NCBI GenBank assembly: GCA_001662655.1
Contig: KV460237.1
Strand: one strand, 5' to 3'
Source: Pseudogymnoascus verrucosus
Taxonomy: Eukaryota
Length of the DNA stretch: 64,000 bases
Every line of letters begins with the position of its first letter. Position 1 is the first letter of the stretch. Under the pieces are notes generated by a model. It ran no database searches. It saw only the letters and a list, made by a program, of their open reading frames with translations, and had not been told where the DNA came from. Positions 39,256 through 52,018 of this stretch are shown one piece after another. The translations under genes and the position numbers were made by a program.

Positions 39256-40431
39256 ATGCTTTACAAGTCTATCATCACTCTGTCTTTCCTGCTAGGAAAT
39301 GGCGCGTTTGCCTTGGTACACCCCGGGATGCTTCATACTGACGCCGACTTTATGCGAATGAAGGCAAAAGTTGATGCAGATGCTGCTCCGTGGATAACTG
39401 GCTGGAATACCTTGACAGCCAATTCCCACTCCTCCAACACCTACGCCCCGAGCCCACAAGCCATTGTGTACCGCGGATATGATGGCACACATCCTGAAAA
39501 CTACTCAAAGCTTTATAACGATGTTCACGCCGCCTATGCTCTTGGCTTGCGCTGGAAGATCTCGGGAGATGATTCGTTTGCTGATGCAGCAGTTAAAATA
39601 TTAAACGGCTGGTCGTCAACACTTACGGCAATCAGAGGGACATCCGATGCAGCACTTGCAGCTGGCATTTATGGCTACCAATTTGCAAATGCTGCTGAAA
39701 TTATTCGGAGCTACAGCGGCTGGGCAGCGGCAGACCAAACACGATTCAAAACTATGCTTCACGATGTCTTCTTCTCCATCAACCACGATTTTCTTGTACG
39801 CCATAACGATGCGGAATTGGACCACTACTGGGCGAACTGGGATCTCTGCAATATGGCATCTATGCTCGCCATTGGCATATTTAACGACAACACTACCATG
39901 TACGAGGAAGCAATCACTTACTTCAAGAGCGGACTTGGCAACGGAAGGATAGACCTCACAGTCTGGAAGCTCTACACAGTAGATGGCGTGGTCCTAGGTC
40001 AATGCCAGGAGTCTGGACGGGATCAAGGCCACGCTACCTTGGATTTTGCTCTACTTGGGCCACTTGCACAAATGGCGTATAACCAAGGAGATGACCTCTT
40101 TGGGTATGAGTCAAACAAAATACTTGCCGGAAGTGAGTATACCGCAAAATACAATCTTGGGGAAGATGTTCCGTACACGTCCTACACCAACAGTGATGTC
40201 ACTCAATCCGTCATTTCAAACGCCTCGAGAGGAACAATTCGACCAGCTTGGGAGCTTATTTATGCACACTATCACGATCTCAAAGGGTTGGATTCTAAGT
40301 ACACGGGACAGATGAGGGATTTGGTCAATTCCGAGAGCGGTGGTGCCGAAGGGGGTGGTGGCAACTATGGACCCAACTCTGGGGGTTATGACCAGCTAGG
40401 ATACGGGACCCTGGCATTTAGATTAGAGTGA
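39256..40431 (+). CDS. Secreted alginate-lyase-family (alpha/alpha toroid) protein, intronless
   Basis: Signal peptide; motifs HPGMLHT, ILNGWSSTL, LAAGIYGYQFANAAE, HYWANWDL, QESGRDQGH, DQLGYGTL. Substrate unproven. Confidence 0.85.
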   Translation: MLYKSIITLSFLLGNGAFALVHPGMLHTDADFMRMKAKVDADAAPWITGWNTLTANSHSSNTYAPSPQAIVYRGYDGTHPENYSKLYNDVHAAYALGLRWKISGDDSFADAAVKILNGWSSTLTAIRGTSDAALAAGIYGYQFANAAEIIRSYSGWAAADQTRFKTMLHDVFFSINHDFLVRHNDAELDHYWANWDLCNMASMLAIGIFNDNTTMYEEAITYFKSGLGNGRIDLTVWKLYTVDGVVLGQCQESGRDQGHATLDFALLGPLAQMAYNQGDDLFGYESNKILAGSEYTAKYNLGEDVPYTSYTNSDVTQSVISNASRGTIRPAWELIYAHYHDLKGLDSKYTGQMRDLVNSESGGAEGGGGNYGPNSGGYDQLGYGTLAFRLE

Positions 40432-41812
40432 GCGTTTGTTTGATATTCGCTATTGAGCTCTATTATTGGGAAGGATGTTTCTTTAGGTATCGAGTTTATT
40501 GTACATTGAAATTAAGTTGCTGCCACCGCTTAACCCTCGACAACCTGGGATAGGACTATTCGGCAATTTCGCGTCGGCTATTTATTGCAGGTTAGACAGG
40601 CAAGGGGTCTCGCTCTAGTAATTTGTAGGAACGTCTTTATAACTATGTATTCCATGTCTTTAAGAGGCTGTATGAATTCCTTCTTGAGACATGAATAAAG
40701 ATAACAGCAGGAGAGCGGGCAGCTGGGGATCAAGCCGCCCGAAAGCAGGGGTGCTCCTGGATGAACGGATCCCATACGTAATCGTGGATGCATTACTAGA
40801 TGCGTGTTGTGAACCAGGTGGGATGGAACTGTAAGAACTGTTAAATCTGTTGCGGTTCCTACAGTTCCTCGCAGTCGGTCCCCTTTGGCACGACGCCACT
40901 ATATAAGTATATACTATAACATAGTTGAAACCTTTTGTGTCTGGTCCCCTACCTCCTCTGAGAAGTGAGCCCTCACACAAGAAACCTCTGTGCATCCTAT
41001 TAGTTTATGAAGCAGTGTTACATGGGCGCATCGCTATAAAGGGTTAAAAGATGGTAGCGCCATAGGGAATCCGAATCTGAATCCGTATCAACAGGCGCTG
41101 CCAGCCAGACTACCACTCGTGGTAGAAAACGTAACCAGCCGACGGGTGGCGATGATGATCTCCTTGTGGGATCGGACGTGGATCGAGTCAATAGTGTCAG
41201 TGTCAGAACTATCGCAACAATCAAGAATGACACGAGTAATATGCATTGAAAGTTGTCTGAATTCCTTTACGTCTTGGTGTTTGTAATATTCTGTAGGATG
41301 GAATATGAAAGTACATTAATAATAATGGCGAATTCTTCATCCGTCTTGCCATTCCAAACTCCATGTGGGAGTCCAACTAGCACCCTGAAACTGCCTTTCC
41401 ATCTCACAGCCACCTGAGAAATTGGTGATGAGGATAAAGAGTTTCTGCTCATGGTGATTAAACGCGACGCAAGAGGCTGGCTGACTGCCCAAGAGCTTTT
41501 GGAACAATCGCAACGTGTCGCCCCAAGCTGATGTACTTGGACATGTAGATCATAGCAAGCATCACACCCACAACAGGTCAGATTTTCGAGAGAGGTGTTA
41601 AGGTTATCGGCATCACAAAATAGCCTAGCCTCGGGCGGATGGGGTAACGTAATAGCTGATAAAGCGCGTCCCCAACCACCCTAAGTTGGGATTCCCGATA
41701 ACCCCTAATGGTAGCCCGCCCCATACAGTATATGTTGCTCCGAACTGCGGGGATAGTCGTTCTTTCCAACAACCTGATGGTTGCCAACTGGTCTCTTCCA
41801 ATACTGTAGATT

Positions 41813-43720
41813 ATGTCGACGAGAAAGAGAATCAGAGAGACAAAACCAAAGACGAAGACTTTTACTGGGTACGTCTACTCTCCATTAATTAGTGACCAAT
41901 TCCTGATCTAGTAGTTGCTGGACCTGCCGGAGGCGCAAAGTTAAATGCGACGGAGGTCGCCAAACGTGTACCCGGTGTACCAGGGCTGGCCTACACTGTG
42001 ATGGCTACGATGTTCAATTATATTGGATCACTGATGCCGATGCATCGACATTGCCGTCTGCAATAAAGAGGCAGGCTAGATGCCTAGAACGTATGGTGCT
42101 CCCATCTTTGTCCGCCGTGATTAATGGGTCACGTGCTGACTTATTTCAGCGCATACGCTGTGGTCTTTCCCAGATCGTGTGATTGATGAACAATTGGCGG
42201 ATCTAGAGAATGCCGGTTGTGGCGGTATCGATGGCGAACCATCCTCGAGTGGACCATTTGGAGTGTTCTCGGTTTCAGGTACTTCCGTGCATGACCAACA
42301 GCGACCGACAGAGTCCGTTGAGCAGATTCCTAGAAGTAATAACACTTCTCCTGATAAAAGCGACTCCATGATCTATCGGCATGGCTCCTATGACATGAGC
42401 AGTTCCTCGACCAACCATTCTCTTGTGGGTTCCATTTGCTCTTCGATGTCCTTCGGGCTTGACAAAGGATATCGTCAAAGTATTCTTGAAGGTCAATTGA
42501 TGGAGAATTACGTCCGCAACGTTGCTACTCTTCTTCAACCGATACCTCATTCTCAGAACACATACAGTTCACTGTATGTCCCAAATGCATTACTTGGTTC
42601 TGCAACATTGAGGGGTGGCCCTACGCAAAAAGGATCAGGTACAGTCGCCATATTCTTTTCTCTCATGGCCACATCGGCATTTAATTTGCGAGCAACGAAC
42701 AAAGCCAGAATTTTTGATGAAGTGGCAAGAACTCTAAGGCTGAAAGCATTCGATTGGCTTCAAATGGCACTAGAAGAGCTACCTGAACTAGACCATAGCA
42801 AAAAAGATGTGTGCAGGTCTGGAGTACCTCAAATGTACGAGTCTGCAATATCAGCTATTCTCACCTTAATTACTGCGGATATCATGGAAGGCAGTATGAG
42901 TGAGTACCAAGTCCATCTTAGCGGTGTGAATCGGATTTGCAAGCAGATGCGTGACCAATCAATCGAACTTGATGGACGTTTGGTCACTATCTCATCTTTT
43001 CTCACGGTCCTCTCAGATACCACAACCGTCGACCTCCAACCAATTCCATGGTCGACGAGAAATGGGTTTCCAATCTCCGGAAGCGATATGTTCACCGATG
43101 GCTGCGACTTAGAGGTCACATACGGCATAACAGCTACTCTTGCTAATTATCTACACCAAGTCACCATACTTTCGCAGAATATCTCCCACTTTATCTCGCA
43201 AAACCTTCCAATTCATCCCACCCTTCTTTCAGCTTGTCACGGATTTTCCAAGACCATCTCGTCATGGTCACTTGACCAGGAAAACCTATCCTCTCTCCCT
43301 GCCGCCAACTGCAACGTGTCTCTTGGAAAGATTCACATTCTCGCGTTCGCCCAGAGCTTGCAAATATACTTTCATACACGAGTTTTGCCTTGCACGGACT
43401 CGGAGATGGCGCTATATGTTCAGCGTGCTGCCGAGTACCTAATGGAAATTGAAGCTGCTCGAGCACAGCAAGGAAGAAATCTTGACCTGACTGCGAGCAT
43501 TATGTGGCCTGGTTTCATTGCATCCTGCGAGGCTGAGCCCGGCGCTCGAGATATATGGTATGAGTGGTGGGAGGGGATGCGTAAGTACCAAATTGGGAAT
43601 ATTTCTAAGTTGTGGACTGTGGTGAAACAAGCGTGGGCTATGAGAGATGGGGGTCTGAAGGAAGTTCCTGCGTGGATGCCTGTCTTAAGATGCACAGGGA
43701 CGAAGATTCTGGCGGTCTGA
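41813..43720 (+). CDS. Arg81/ArcA-like Zn2Cys6 transcription factor; exons 41813-41868, 41915-42090, 42150-43720
   Basis: The spliced N-terminus reads KTFTGCWTCRRRKVKCDGGRQTCTRCTRAGLHCDGY, as in Arg81-type factors. The C-terminus has LEVTYGIT and IMWPGFIASCEA. Confidence 0.88.
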
Positions 43721-43730
43721 AGGATGGCTT

Positions 43731-45139
43731 TTAAGATTCTATGGATATTCCGTTAATTGCACTGCGGCCATTAACAACACTTGGCTCCGGCTCGAGCATG
43801 CTCGCTAGCACTTTTCCTAATCTCCTCAACCCCTCCGCGAGAAAATCTTCTTGCTCCCACGCAAAGCAAATGCGGACCCCATGTCGTGCTGGAACAGCAT
43901 CTTCATCACCATGGACCTCGAACATGTTCCCATCTGCGATCAGGACGGCCTCATCATGCGAGGCTCTGAGGACGAATTCTTTTGCCAGGATACAAGGTGG
44001 GAGGAGAAAGTAGACAAAATAGCCACCTTGCATTGGCCCTTTCGTCTTCCCTTCAAGGACCACCCCTAGAGGAAGCAGGTATCTTTCTAACGCACAAAGC
44101 GTAGCTTGATATCGTCGCTTATAGGAAGGGATGAGAACCTTTTCGATATGATCTTGAAGAGTGCCATTTCTGAGAGTCTGGGCTATCACCGATGCGACGA
44201 ACTGGCTGGGCGCGCCCCCACTGACTGAAGATCCGCACTGCGATAGTCCGCGGATGAAGGTCGGAGTGGCCTCTGTCCAACCCGTGCGCAAACCTGGAGC
44301 GAGAATCTTGGAGAAAGAGGCGTTGCTGATGGCATTCCCGAATGGCGTTGTTGGTCCGCCGTCCAAGACATGGTCAATATCCACGATACGAGGAATAAGC
44401 GGCGGTGGCGGATTTGTGTCTGTGGAATTCCATTGGATAAAGTCATAGATGTCATCGGCGATTATGAGAGCGTCGTACTTTCTGGCGAGTCTGACGAGTT
44501 GTTGACGACGGTCCAGGCTTGTGGTCCTGCCTGATGGGTTGGAGAACGTCGGGACTGTGTATATAATATTCTTGTAATGCTTTTGCGCTACTTGCGGTCG
44601 TTTCGTCGCCTAGGAATATAATCAGATAAAAAATCATGTATAACAAGCGGTTACCCAGAAAAAAAACTCACCTTCTGGTCACTTCCATTACTCACCATCT
44701 CATGTTTCACCAGACTCGCCTCGAGATAAGCTATATCGACTCCATCGTCATCTTCTGGAATCGCTCTCAGACGCCCGACAAAACCGTTATCTTCGAAGAT
44801 TCTACATACAAGGTGATACGTCGGTGCCACGAGATACACATTTCTAGTGTATGTTGGATCGGTGAAGACTTGCAGGATACAAGCGAGGTTTTGACTCGCA
44901 CCCCCCGAGATGCATATTCGTTCTGGCACAGTCCATGGCGTGTTGTATTGCTGCAACAGCCAGGTTGCAATGGATTCTCGGAGTGGTTCGTAGCCAGGCT
45001 CATCGCCGTATGATAGTGATGGTGTTGAAAGGGCAGGGTCATTGAGCACACGCTTCGATGCCTCCTCAAGGATAGACGTAGGGAGCAGATCCGCAGATGG
45101 CCATCCTCGGAGCAAGTCAATTGAGGTTATCTCCACCAT
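43731..45139 (-). CDS. PLP-dependent class I/II aminotransferase (YER152C/AvtA-like); intron 44671-44610
   Basis: IDLLRGWPS, ISGGASQNL, YTVPTFSNPSG, IIADDIYDF, and the PLP-lysine motif SFSKILAPGLRTGW. Confidence 0.9.
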
Positions 45140-45938
45140 GACGGATTAATAAATTCTGCAATTCCGGCATAAATTTGGTTAGGAAAAGAGTTTTGAGGAA
45201 ACAGAGTACGGAGAATTGAAGAGTAAAGATTGAGTTGGATTATATAACCCTCAACTTTGGTCTAGTCACCGCGAAATACCGCGAAATATGGATATTTTTA
45301 CTCATAATTGACGAGCTTCGAAAAAACAGTTGGGGCGATGTCATCAATATTGCTTTTACAGGACATGAAGCAGCAGTCAGCGAGAGTAAAATTGAGGCAG
45401 TTGTCAGCGAGGCCAGTGCCAACAGTGATTGGACCAGATCTGGTTCGATTGAGGAGTAACTTGAATTATAAGCTTAGTCTACCATAAAGGAGATAAAATG
45501 TGGGGGGTGGAGGGCTGTGGGGTCAGGTGCAGCCCGTTGAATTATCGGAGGCAGGAGTCAGCGAGCCACTTGTGGGCCAGCGAAAACCCACATCAAATCA
45601 AATGAAAGCAAACCGGCTGGCCAAATACCATATCTAACAAGCCAATTCCCAATTAGCAGATATCCACGGTAAATCGATATAAGTCACTAAGAACAGAGCT
45701 GTTCGGGTTACATCGACTTATCGTAACTTGATTATAGTCTTATCTATATGTGTCTGTCAATTTCCCCATTGTTTGAGTTTCCCCATTTCATCTATCTCTG
45801 ATAGGAGATTTGAGGTTAAACCCAATTCTCAGACACTCTCAACTTCTGATAAATACCTGGTGTAGCACAGCTGTGATTTCTACCTATAAATAATTATATC
45901 TATTCCCTTAAATATACTCTCACAGTTATTTGGACATC

Positions 45939-47759
45939 ATGGCGGAGACCCAAACCTCATCTTCCAAGTCCATTGAAGCCCCTGAAAGCGGCACTTTCGA
46001 GAACTCGGAGAAGAATGGCAGTAGCGATGTTGTCACCACGAACATCTCAGGCCATGTTCAAGAGCTGGATCGACAATTTGGGCTGTGGAGTATCTGTGCC
46101 ACGGGTATTGTAACTGGCAATACCTGGACGGCAATTGGTGGTGCAATCGTCAGTATTCCGAACCAATACCACACGTGGGCAACTCAAGTTACTAACAAGA
46201 GAAAATAGGTCGTTGCAATCTACAATGGTGGCCCCCCTGGTGTTATTTATGAGTTGTAAGCGTTTTGTAAACCTAGACCTTCGTGAGTGATTGCTAACAA
46301 GGGGTAGTATCGTTGTTTCTATATGCTACTGGTTTGTTGGAGCGTCGATTGCTGAACTGGCGTCTGCTATACCAGCATCTGGTGGAGGTACTTACGCCCT
46401 ATTGTCCATTCTAGACAACTTTTTAACTAAACATTTGTCTAGTGTACCACTGGGCCACCGTCGCAGCTGGACCACGAGCTGGTCGAGTTTGTGGCTGGTT
46501 TGCTGGGTGGTGGAACCTACTCGCCTGGATCTTCGGGGCATCAGCCAACGCTGCCATCATTGGCAATGGAGTTCTCTACTGCTATCAGCTTTACCACCCA
46601 GAGATGGAAGTTAAACGCTGGCAGGTCTTCATTGTCTACCAAATCATGACCTGGTTTTGCTGTTGTATTGTCTTGTTCTGCAACCGCGCTCTCTCTACTA
46701 TCAACAGAGTTGGCTCGTTCTTCATGCTCGCAGGGGTCGTCGTCACTGTCCTCGTTTGCGCCATCATGCCATTCCACAACGGTAAAGGACACGCATCAAA
46801 TTCATTTGTCTGGAAAGATTGGTCTAATGAAACCGGGTACTCTAATAATGGCCTGGTTTTCCTCACGGGTATGCTGAATGGTGCCTTTTCCGTCGGCACG
46901 CCTGACTGTCTTACTCACTTAGCTGAAGAGATCCCAAGGTATGCATCCGGTCCGCAATATGGGCTATGATACTAATAGAATTTACAGACCAAGCTCAAAT
47001 ATCCCAAAAGCGATCCTTGCTCAGATCGTAACGGGATTCATCACAGGTATGATCTTCATGATCACCATTTTCTACTCCATCAACGACCTCGAAGGACTTT
47101 TCAAATCCAACTCCGTCTTCCCCCTTGGCAACATTTACCATCAAGCCACTGGCTCCCGCAGCGGGGCGGTCGGTCTCGTCATTGTCATATTACTACCTAT
47201 CGTCGCTGCTAGCATTGGCTGCTACACGACTGCGGGTCGCATGCTTTGGACTCTGGCTCGTGATGGTGCCGCGCCCGGTAGAAACTCTGTCGGTGCCATT
47301 AGCCCTAAATTCAAGAATCCCTTTGTCGCGACGCTGGTCTGCGGCGTTGTGTCTTGCGTTATGGGCGGGATCTATGTCGCTTCCACGGCGGCATTTAATG
47401 CTTTCATAGGCGCGTTTGTTATCTTGTCGACCGCCTCATTCCTTGCTGCGCTGATTCCACATCTTTTGTCCAAAAGATCGAATATTAAGCCTGGTGCGTT
47501 TTGGATGAAAGGCTGGATCGGCTTTGCCGTCAACATTATTGCTTGTGTTTACATGGCTGTCTTTATGGTTATTTATTGCTTTCCTTACACCATGCCTGTC
47601 GATGCCGAGGGGATGAACTATGCAAGCCTCGTCACTGGTGGGCTGTCAGTATTTGTGGGAATTTGGTGGTTTATTGGGCAGAAGAACTATGTTGGGCCGA
47701 AGGTTGTTGCGAATGGCCTTGCGCCTGAGATGGCTGATGATTACAAGGATAAAGTATAA
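45939..47759 (+). CDS. APC-family amino acid/choline/GABA permease; introns 46149-46208, 46256-46307, 46388-46442, 46939-46987
   Basis: Motifs GHVQELDRQFGLWSI, NGGPPGVIYE, SIAELASAIPASGGVYHWA, THLAEEIP, FPYTMPV..MNYAS; about 12 hydrophobic segments. Confidence 0.92.
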
Positions 47760-47924
47760 GGACTTTTGTCTTATTGTGGCTTATCTACCCAACTATTATT
47801 GTGTAATTATGTGACTCGCAAAGTTTGTGAGAGATACTACGTCTTGCAGCCCGAATGATCAGTTGGTCTTTTACGTCCTTTATTATCAGGATAGCTCACA
47901 CCAGCGTTTGGATATTATATCACC

Positions 47925-48170
47925 TGATCTGGGATCCAACTTATTCTGTCGGAAAATGTCTATAATATGGACGAGAACGGGAGTCATGTTATGCATGCTT
48001 GGCATTGTGAAAGTCCTTGTAAGTAAGGACGATCCGCGGGGCTACAGAGGCGCGGGCGTCAAGCGAACGACGGTGTGTATAAGTGCAAACGGTTGGTCTT
48101 TGCTAGCATTTATTATTTGGCCAGCCACTACCTATCGCATCGAAGCAACTGGACCACGTTCCCCAGCTTT
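47925..48170 (+). mobile_element. Frameshifted pogo/Fot1-like (Tc1-mariner, DDE_1) transposase fragment
   Basis: ENVYNMDE, then a frameshift, then TGVMLCMLG.VKVLVSKDDPRGYRGAGVKRT..CISANG..L..IIWPA. Confidence 0.8.
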
Positions 48171-48304
48171 TTGAAAGAGATTCAGTGTATTGACTATAAC
48201 TGGTGGTGTAATGCTATCACACTCCGATATTCTCTGCAACGAAGTAAGACCCTGAAGTGTTACCAAAGCACGTGCATTGACCTATAGGTTGACTGGAATT
48301 TTAA

Positions 48305-48862
48305 CTAGTTAAGTTGGACACAGCTAACGGACGCAAGACCAAGGGAGGCAGCGTATTTTGACCTCGAGGCATAGGGATAGTCGGATTGTCCTGTGACTGT
48401 CTCTGCGATCTGAGCTCCAGAACAGTCGTAGTTGCTAGTAATTATAAGTTAGAGTCTAGTGGTAGATAGCACTCAGAAAGCATGCAAGAGACGAACCTGT
48501 AGATGCTGCAGCTAATATGTTGTGCTATATCCAAGCTGGTGATATGCTGTGACCTAGTAACCCAGGAATCGAATAAGTATAATCGCTGGAAACAGTTGGG
48601 GCGCTACAAACGTGTGCCGCTTCTGATAAACTAGAGTAGGGGTCTACCATACAATCGACGAACGCATTGACCTCTTGGCCCGAATTCTGCAATTTCACCA
48701 CCCGAAAATATAATTCTCACTTTTGGTTGCTGTTCCGTATAAATAGTCTTAGCAAGGAGCAAAGGAGTGGGGAGAAAAAGTGATTACCTGGGCATAACCA
48801 AAGTCAGAGAATAGTGAGGCAGACGCGAGAGCGATAGAGAGAATGCTGAGTGTAGCAACCAT
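48305..48862 (-). CDS. Small secreted cysteine-containing protein (~112 aa); exons 48862-48788, 48729-48653, 48553-48497, 48434-48305
   Basis: Signal-peptide exon MVATLSILSIALASASLFSDFGYAQ; GT-AG introns give an open spliced frame ending SVSCVQLN*. Intron 2 boundaries are uncertain. Confidence 0.65.
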
Positions 48863-50039
48863 CGTGAATGGCAGGGTCCCGTTAGGATAATCAAATTGAA
48901 GTAAATGTTTAGATAGATAGGAGCAAGTATAGCAACTATTGAGAAAGGCTTGAAAAAGTGAGAGAGAGATGGTGGGAGTAGGCTATGATTTATGTATTTT
49001 CGCGAGCGATTTATATCGTTACAAATGTGCCTTGGTTATTGCAAACCGTTACCCTCATCCTTTCCGACAAAAGTGCTAAGATACTTTTAGCGGCTTCAAC
49101 AAATATGCTGCAATATCCTAAACACAGTGATTAACCCCAATTTTGTATTTCTGTCCGAATGTCTGTCTATTCACATATGTGGCGAGAAGTGATTAGCCAG
49201 CCTAGTCAAGAGTAACCTACATGTAACTACGGTACATAGCCAGCATAGGAGAGAACTAAGACAGTCTGTGATTTCAGCTCATACTATAGCACCTTATGTC
49301 TAAAATACCAACAATCCTTACTTTATTTATCAAAGCGAGCGTTACAGTGCATACTCAGCTTAGGAAGAACTAAAGACTGTCTATGATTTCAGCGCATACT
49401 CCTCTAGCCATCTCCTTTCTGTTCTACTAGTGCCTTTGGGTAAAACCGTTGCGCAACCCTGAGCGCAGCTAAACAAGTGAGCGCATATCAGAAGGCACGT
49501 CAACATCTCGCGGTCCTCATAAGCATCAGCGCCATTAGTTACGCCCAATATCGCAGCGCCAGCCTTGATTATGGGTTTCACAGGTCTCAGATCTGTGTAA
49601 GCTGACCCGGCTTCTGAGCTACGTTGATCGATCACATGCGCACCTTTTGGCACTCTGCTAAATATCTCCGTCAAGAATGCGAGAGACTGCTAACTTCATT
49701 GCATGACCCTCGTAGCTGTTGCTTGTTTTCAAGGGTTGCCATTTGTTAATCATAATACTAGCTGTTAAGACTGTCTTACAACTCAGCTTCGAAATGTGAG
49801 ACACTAGGGAGATCGCATTGGAAAGTGTGCTGGCCCTATACCCCCCTTCAGGCCAATGGCACTATTGGTTGACTGCGACGAAAAGCCGTTAAGATGGTCT
49901 CACCTTTTATACATCCTTATAACGTGGGTAAAATCACTGTGCAGAAATCAGCAGGGATATACGCATATTCGAGCGACACATGGCAAGGCTGAAGACAAGC
50001 CGTAACAGGGTCGAGTCGGAAGTGCAGACTATAGTATGA

Positions 50040-50160
50040 ACGACTGACAACAAGAATGGCCGACGGGGAGAACGACAGTAGGAACGACAGTAGGAACGAC
50101 AACGAGAACGACAGCCAGATTGACAGCAGGAATGACAGCCAGAATGGCAGCAAGAACTTT
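50040..50160. repeat. Degenerate AACGACAG/GCAAGAA tract (copy 2)
   Basis: Tandem GAACGACAGTAG and related 12-bp units. Confidence 0.55.
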
Positions 50161-51099
50161 CAGCTTTTAGATATAACACGTAAATTATTTCATGCCAGGT
50201 GCCTTCCTTAACGGTTGTATGAGATACCTGATTGTAATTGGAACCTGGGTGAAGCCCATACCAACTACCAATACCCGCAAATCAGGACACAAAGGTCCTA
50301 ATTCAGAATACAACGCTTTTGTGGCGTTTGGAGAGAATATATATCCGCCCCAGCTCTGCTAACGCATTCTCCTCGCTAAATTCATAAATTATTTAAGATC
50401 AGTAACACCTGAGGATTTCTTTTCCCCGTAACTTAGAGAGGCTAGGGACTTGGTAATAGGGCCAAGTGCTCCCAGGCGTCTCAGCACCATATTCGTGATC
50501 CAAATAGCATAAACTAAGCTATTTATCTCAACTGATATTCGATTAAAGTGTAGTTAGTGTGTGAGTAAAGCAAGAACGACCAAGGGCAAGTATGACCAGC
50601 AGTAACAACGATGGAGCAGGGCTATATAGTCCGGGAGTGCACATACGCTCAATATCAATCACTAAGGGGCCTCGATATGTGAAATTATACGAAGAACAGA
50701 TAGCAGACTCCCGCCACTTAAGTGGAAGTAAAAGTGCAGGAAGATGGAGTTGCAGAAATCGCAGCTGCAGCTTTTGGCAGGAGAAACTCACCTCGCCGCC
50801 AGACACGATCCTACAGGTATATACCACGTCACAGTATTTATGGACAGGGCATTCAGAGCAGGGAAGGACAATGACCATATTGGGTCGTGTCCTGATCTGG
50901 CAAAAGAGTGCCTTTTACTTACCCCTATCTATGTACAGGGGTAACTATGCATCGTTTGGGATTTAATTGCACTATACCATTTACTATGGCCGATAGTGAG
51001 CATAGAATTAGCCTCCCATAGCATAATTAATCCTACAAAGAAGTTTCAACTACCAGACGATAGAGATTCCATGCTAAAGCTCGGGCACGTGGGGAGACG

Positions 51100-51255
51100 C
51101 CAGGAGCGACTGACGATGGCAGGGACGACTGACGATGGCAGGGACGGCTTATGACGGCAAGAACGACTGGCGACGGTAACAACGACAGGAACGGCAAGGA
51201 CGATGGACGGTAAGAATGGCAAGAACGGCAAGAACGACCGCCCGACTGCAAGAAA
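51100..51255. repeat. Degenerate GGCAAGAAC/GACGA tract (copy 3) with exact 19-bp duplication
   Basis: CGACTGACGATGGCAGGGA occurs twice at 51107-51144, followed by repeated GGCAAGAAC. Confidence 0.6.
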
Positions 51256-52018
51256 TCCACGGATGATACTCCAAGTATCCAAAACCCGCGCCCATCATGA
51301 AATCATATTAATTGCGATATAAACGTAGCATGGTAATTATCGGTCAAGGAACCCAACATAGAGGAAGATCTAGCGGGGACCTCAGTCGACTTAACCCTCT
51401 CCAGTTCGAAAGCAATACCGCCAACTCTGTACCAAGCGGCCTCTTGTCACCACCACAACCCCCCCGTCTGTGTTATATTGTCAATACCTTGTATAGTTCA
51501 TAGTTCTAATTTGGCATTTTCGGGACTATTAAATAGTCGCTGCCTCGGTGAAAGTTCTGACCGAGCCCAACTCATGGGTTCAATACACTGGGGAAAGGGG
51601 TCGTTGATGTTGAGATATTTCCATTTCCACGCGTTGGGTATCAAACGACACTACATACATACAGATACACAACTCGTACACACGCCATTTACTTCCCCCT
51701 TCGCCTTCCTTATATCCCTTTCCTCTATTTACCCGTCATTACCCCCCAATCCAAATCCCAACCGCCCCGTAACTCCCATCCTTTCCTTTCTAGCACGCCC
51801 GTTCTTAGCCGTTTATGTCGAGGTCTCATTATGGGCGGAGTGGCGGAGGGGGTGGTAGCGGGGCGGTGGCTGTCCAGTTGCGCATTGCGCGATGATGGGT
51901 GGTTTGTGGTCGTAGATGAGTTGCGCGGTGTGCGGTGGTGCGTAGGACTATGTCCATGCATTTGTCCTGCAACTGCATACGTACCTCCAATCCCGGCTCT
52001 CACTCACCTCCCCACCCC

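Noticed and set aside
40578..41790. Short ORFs between the lyase and the Arg81-like TF
   Set aside because: No recognisable motif or consistent splice model; a decayed gene cannot be excluded without BLASTX.
49381..50966. ORFs 49381-49674 and 50592-50966 as genes
   Set aside because: Short and motif-free amid repeat debris; at most unassignable remnants.
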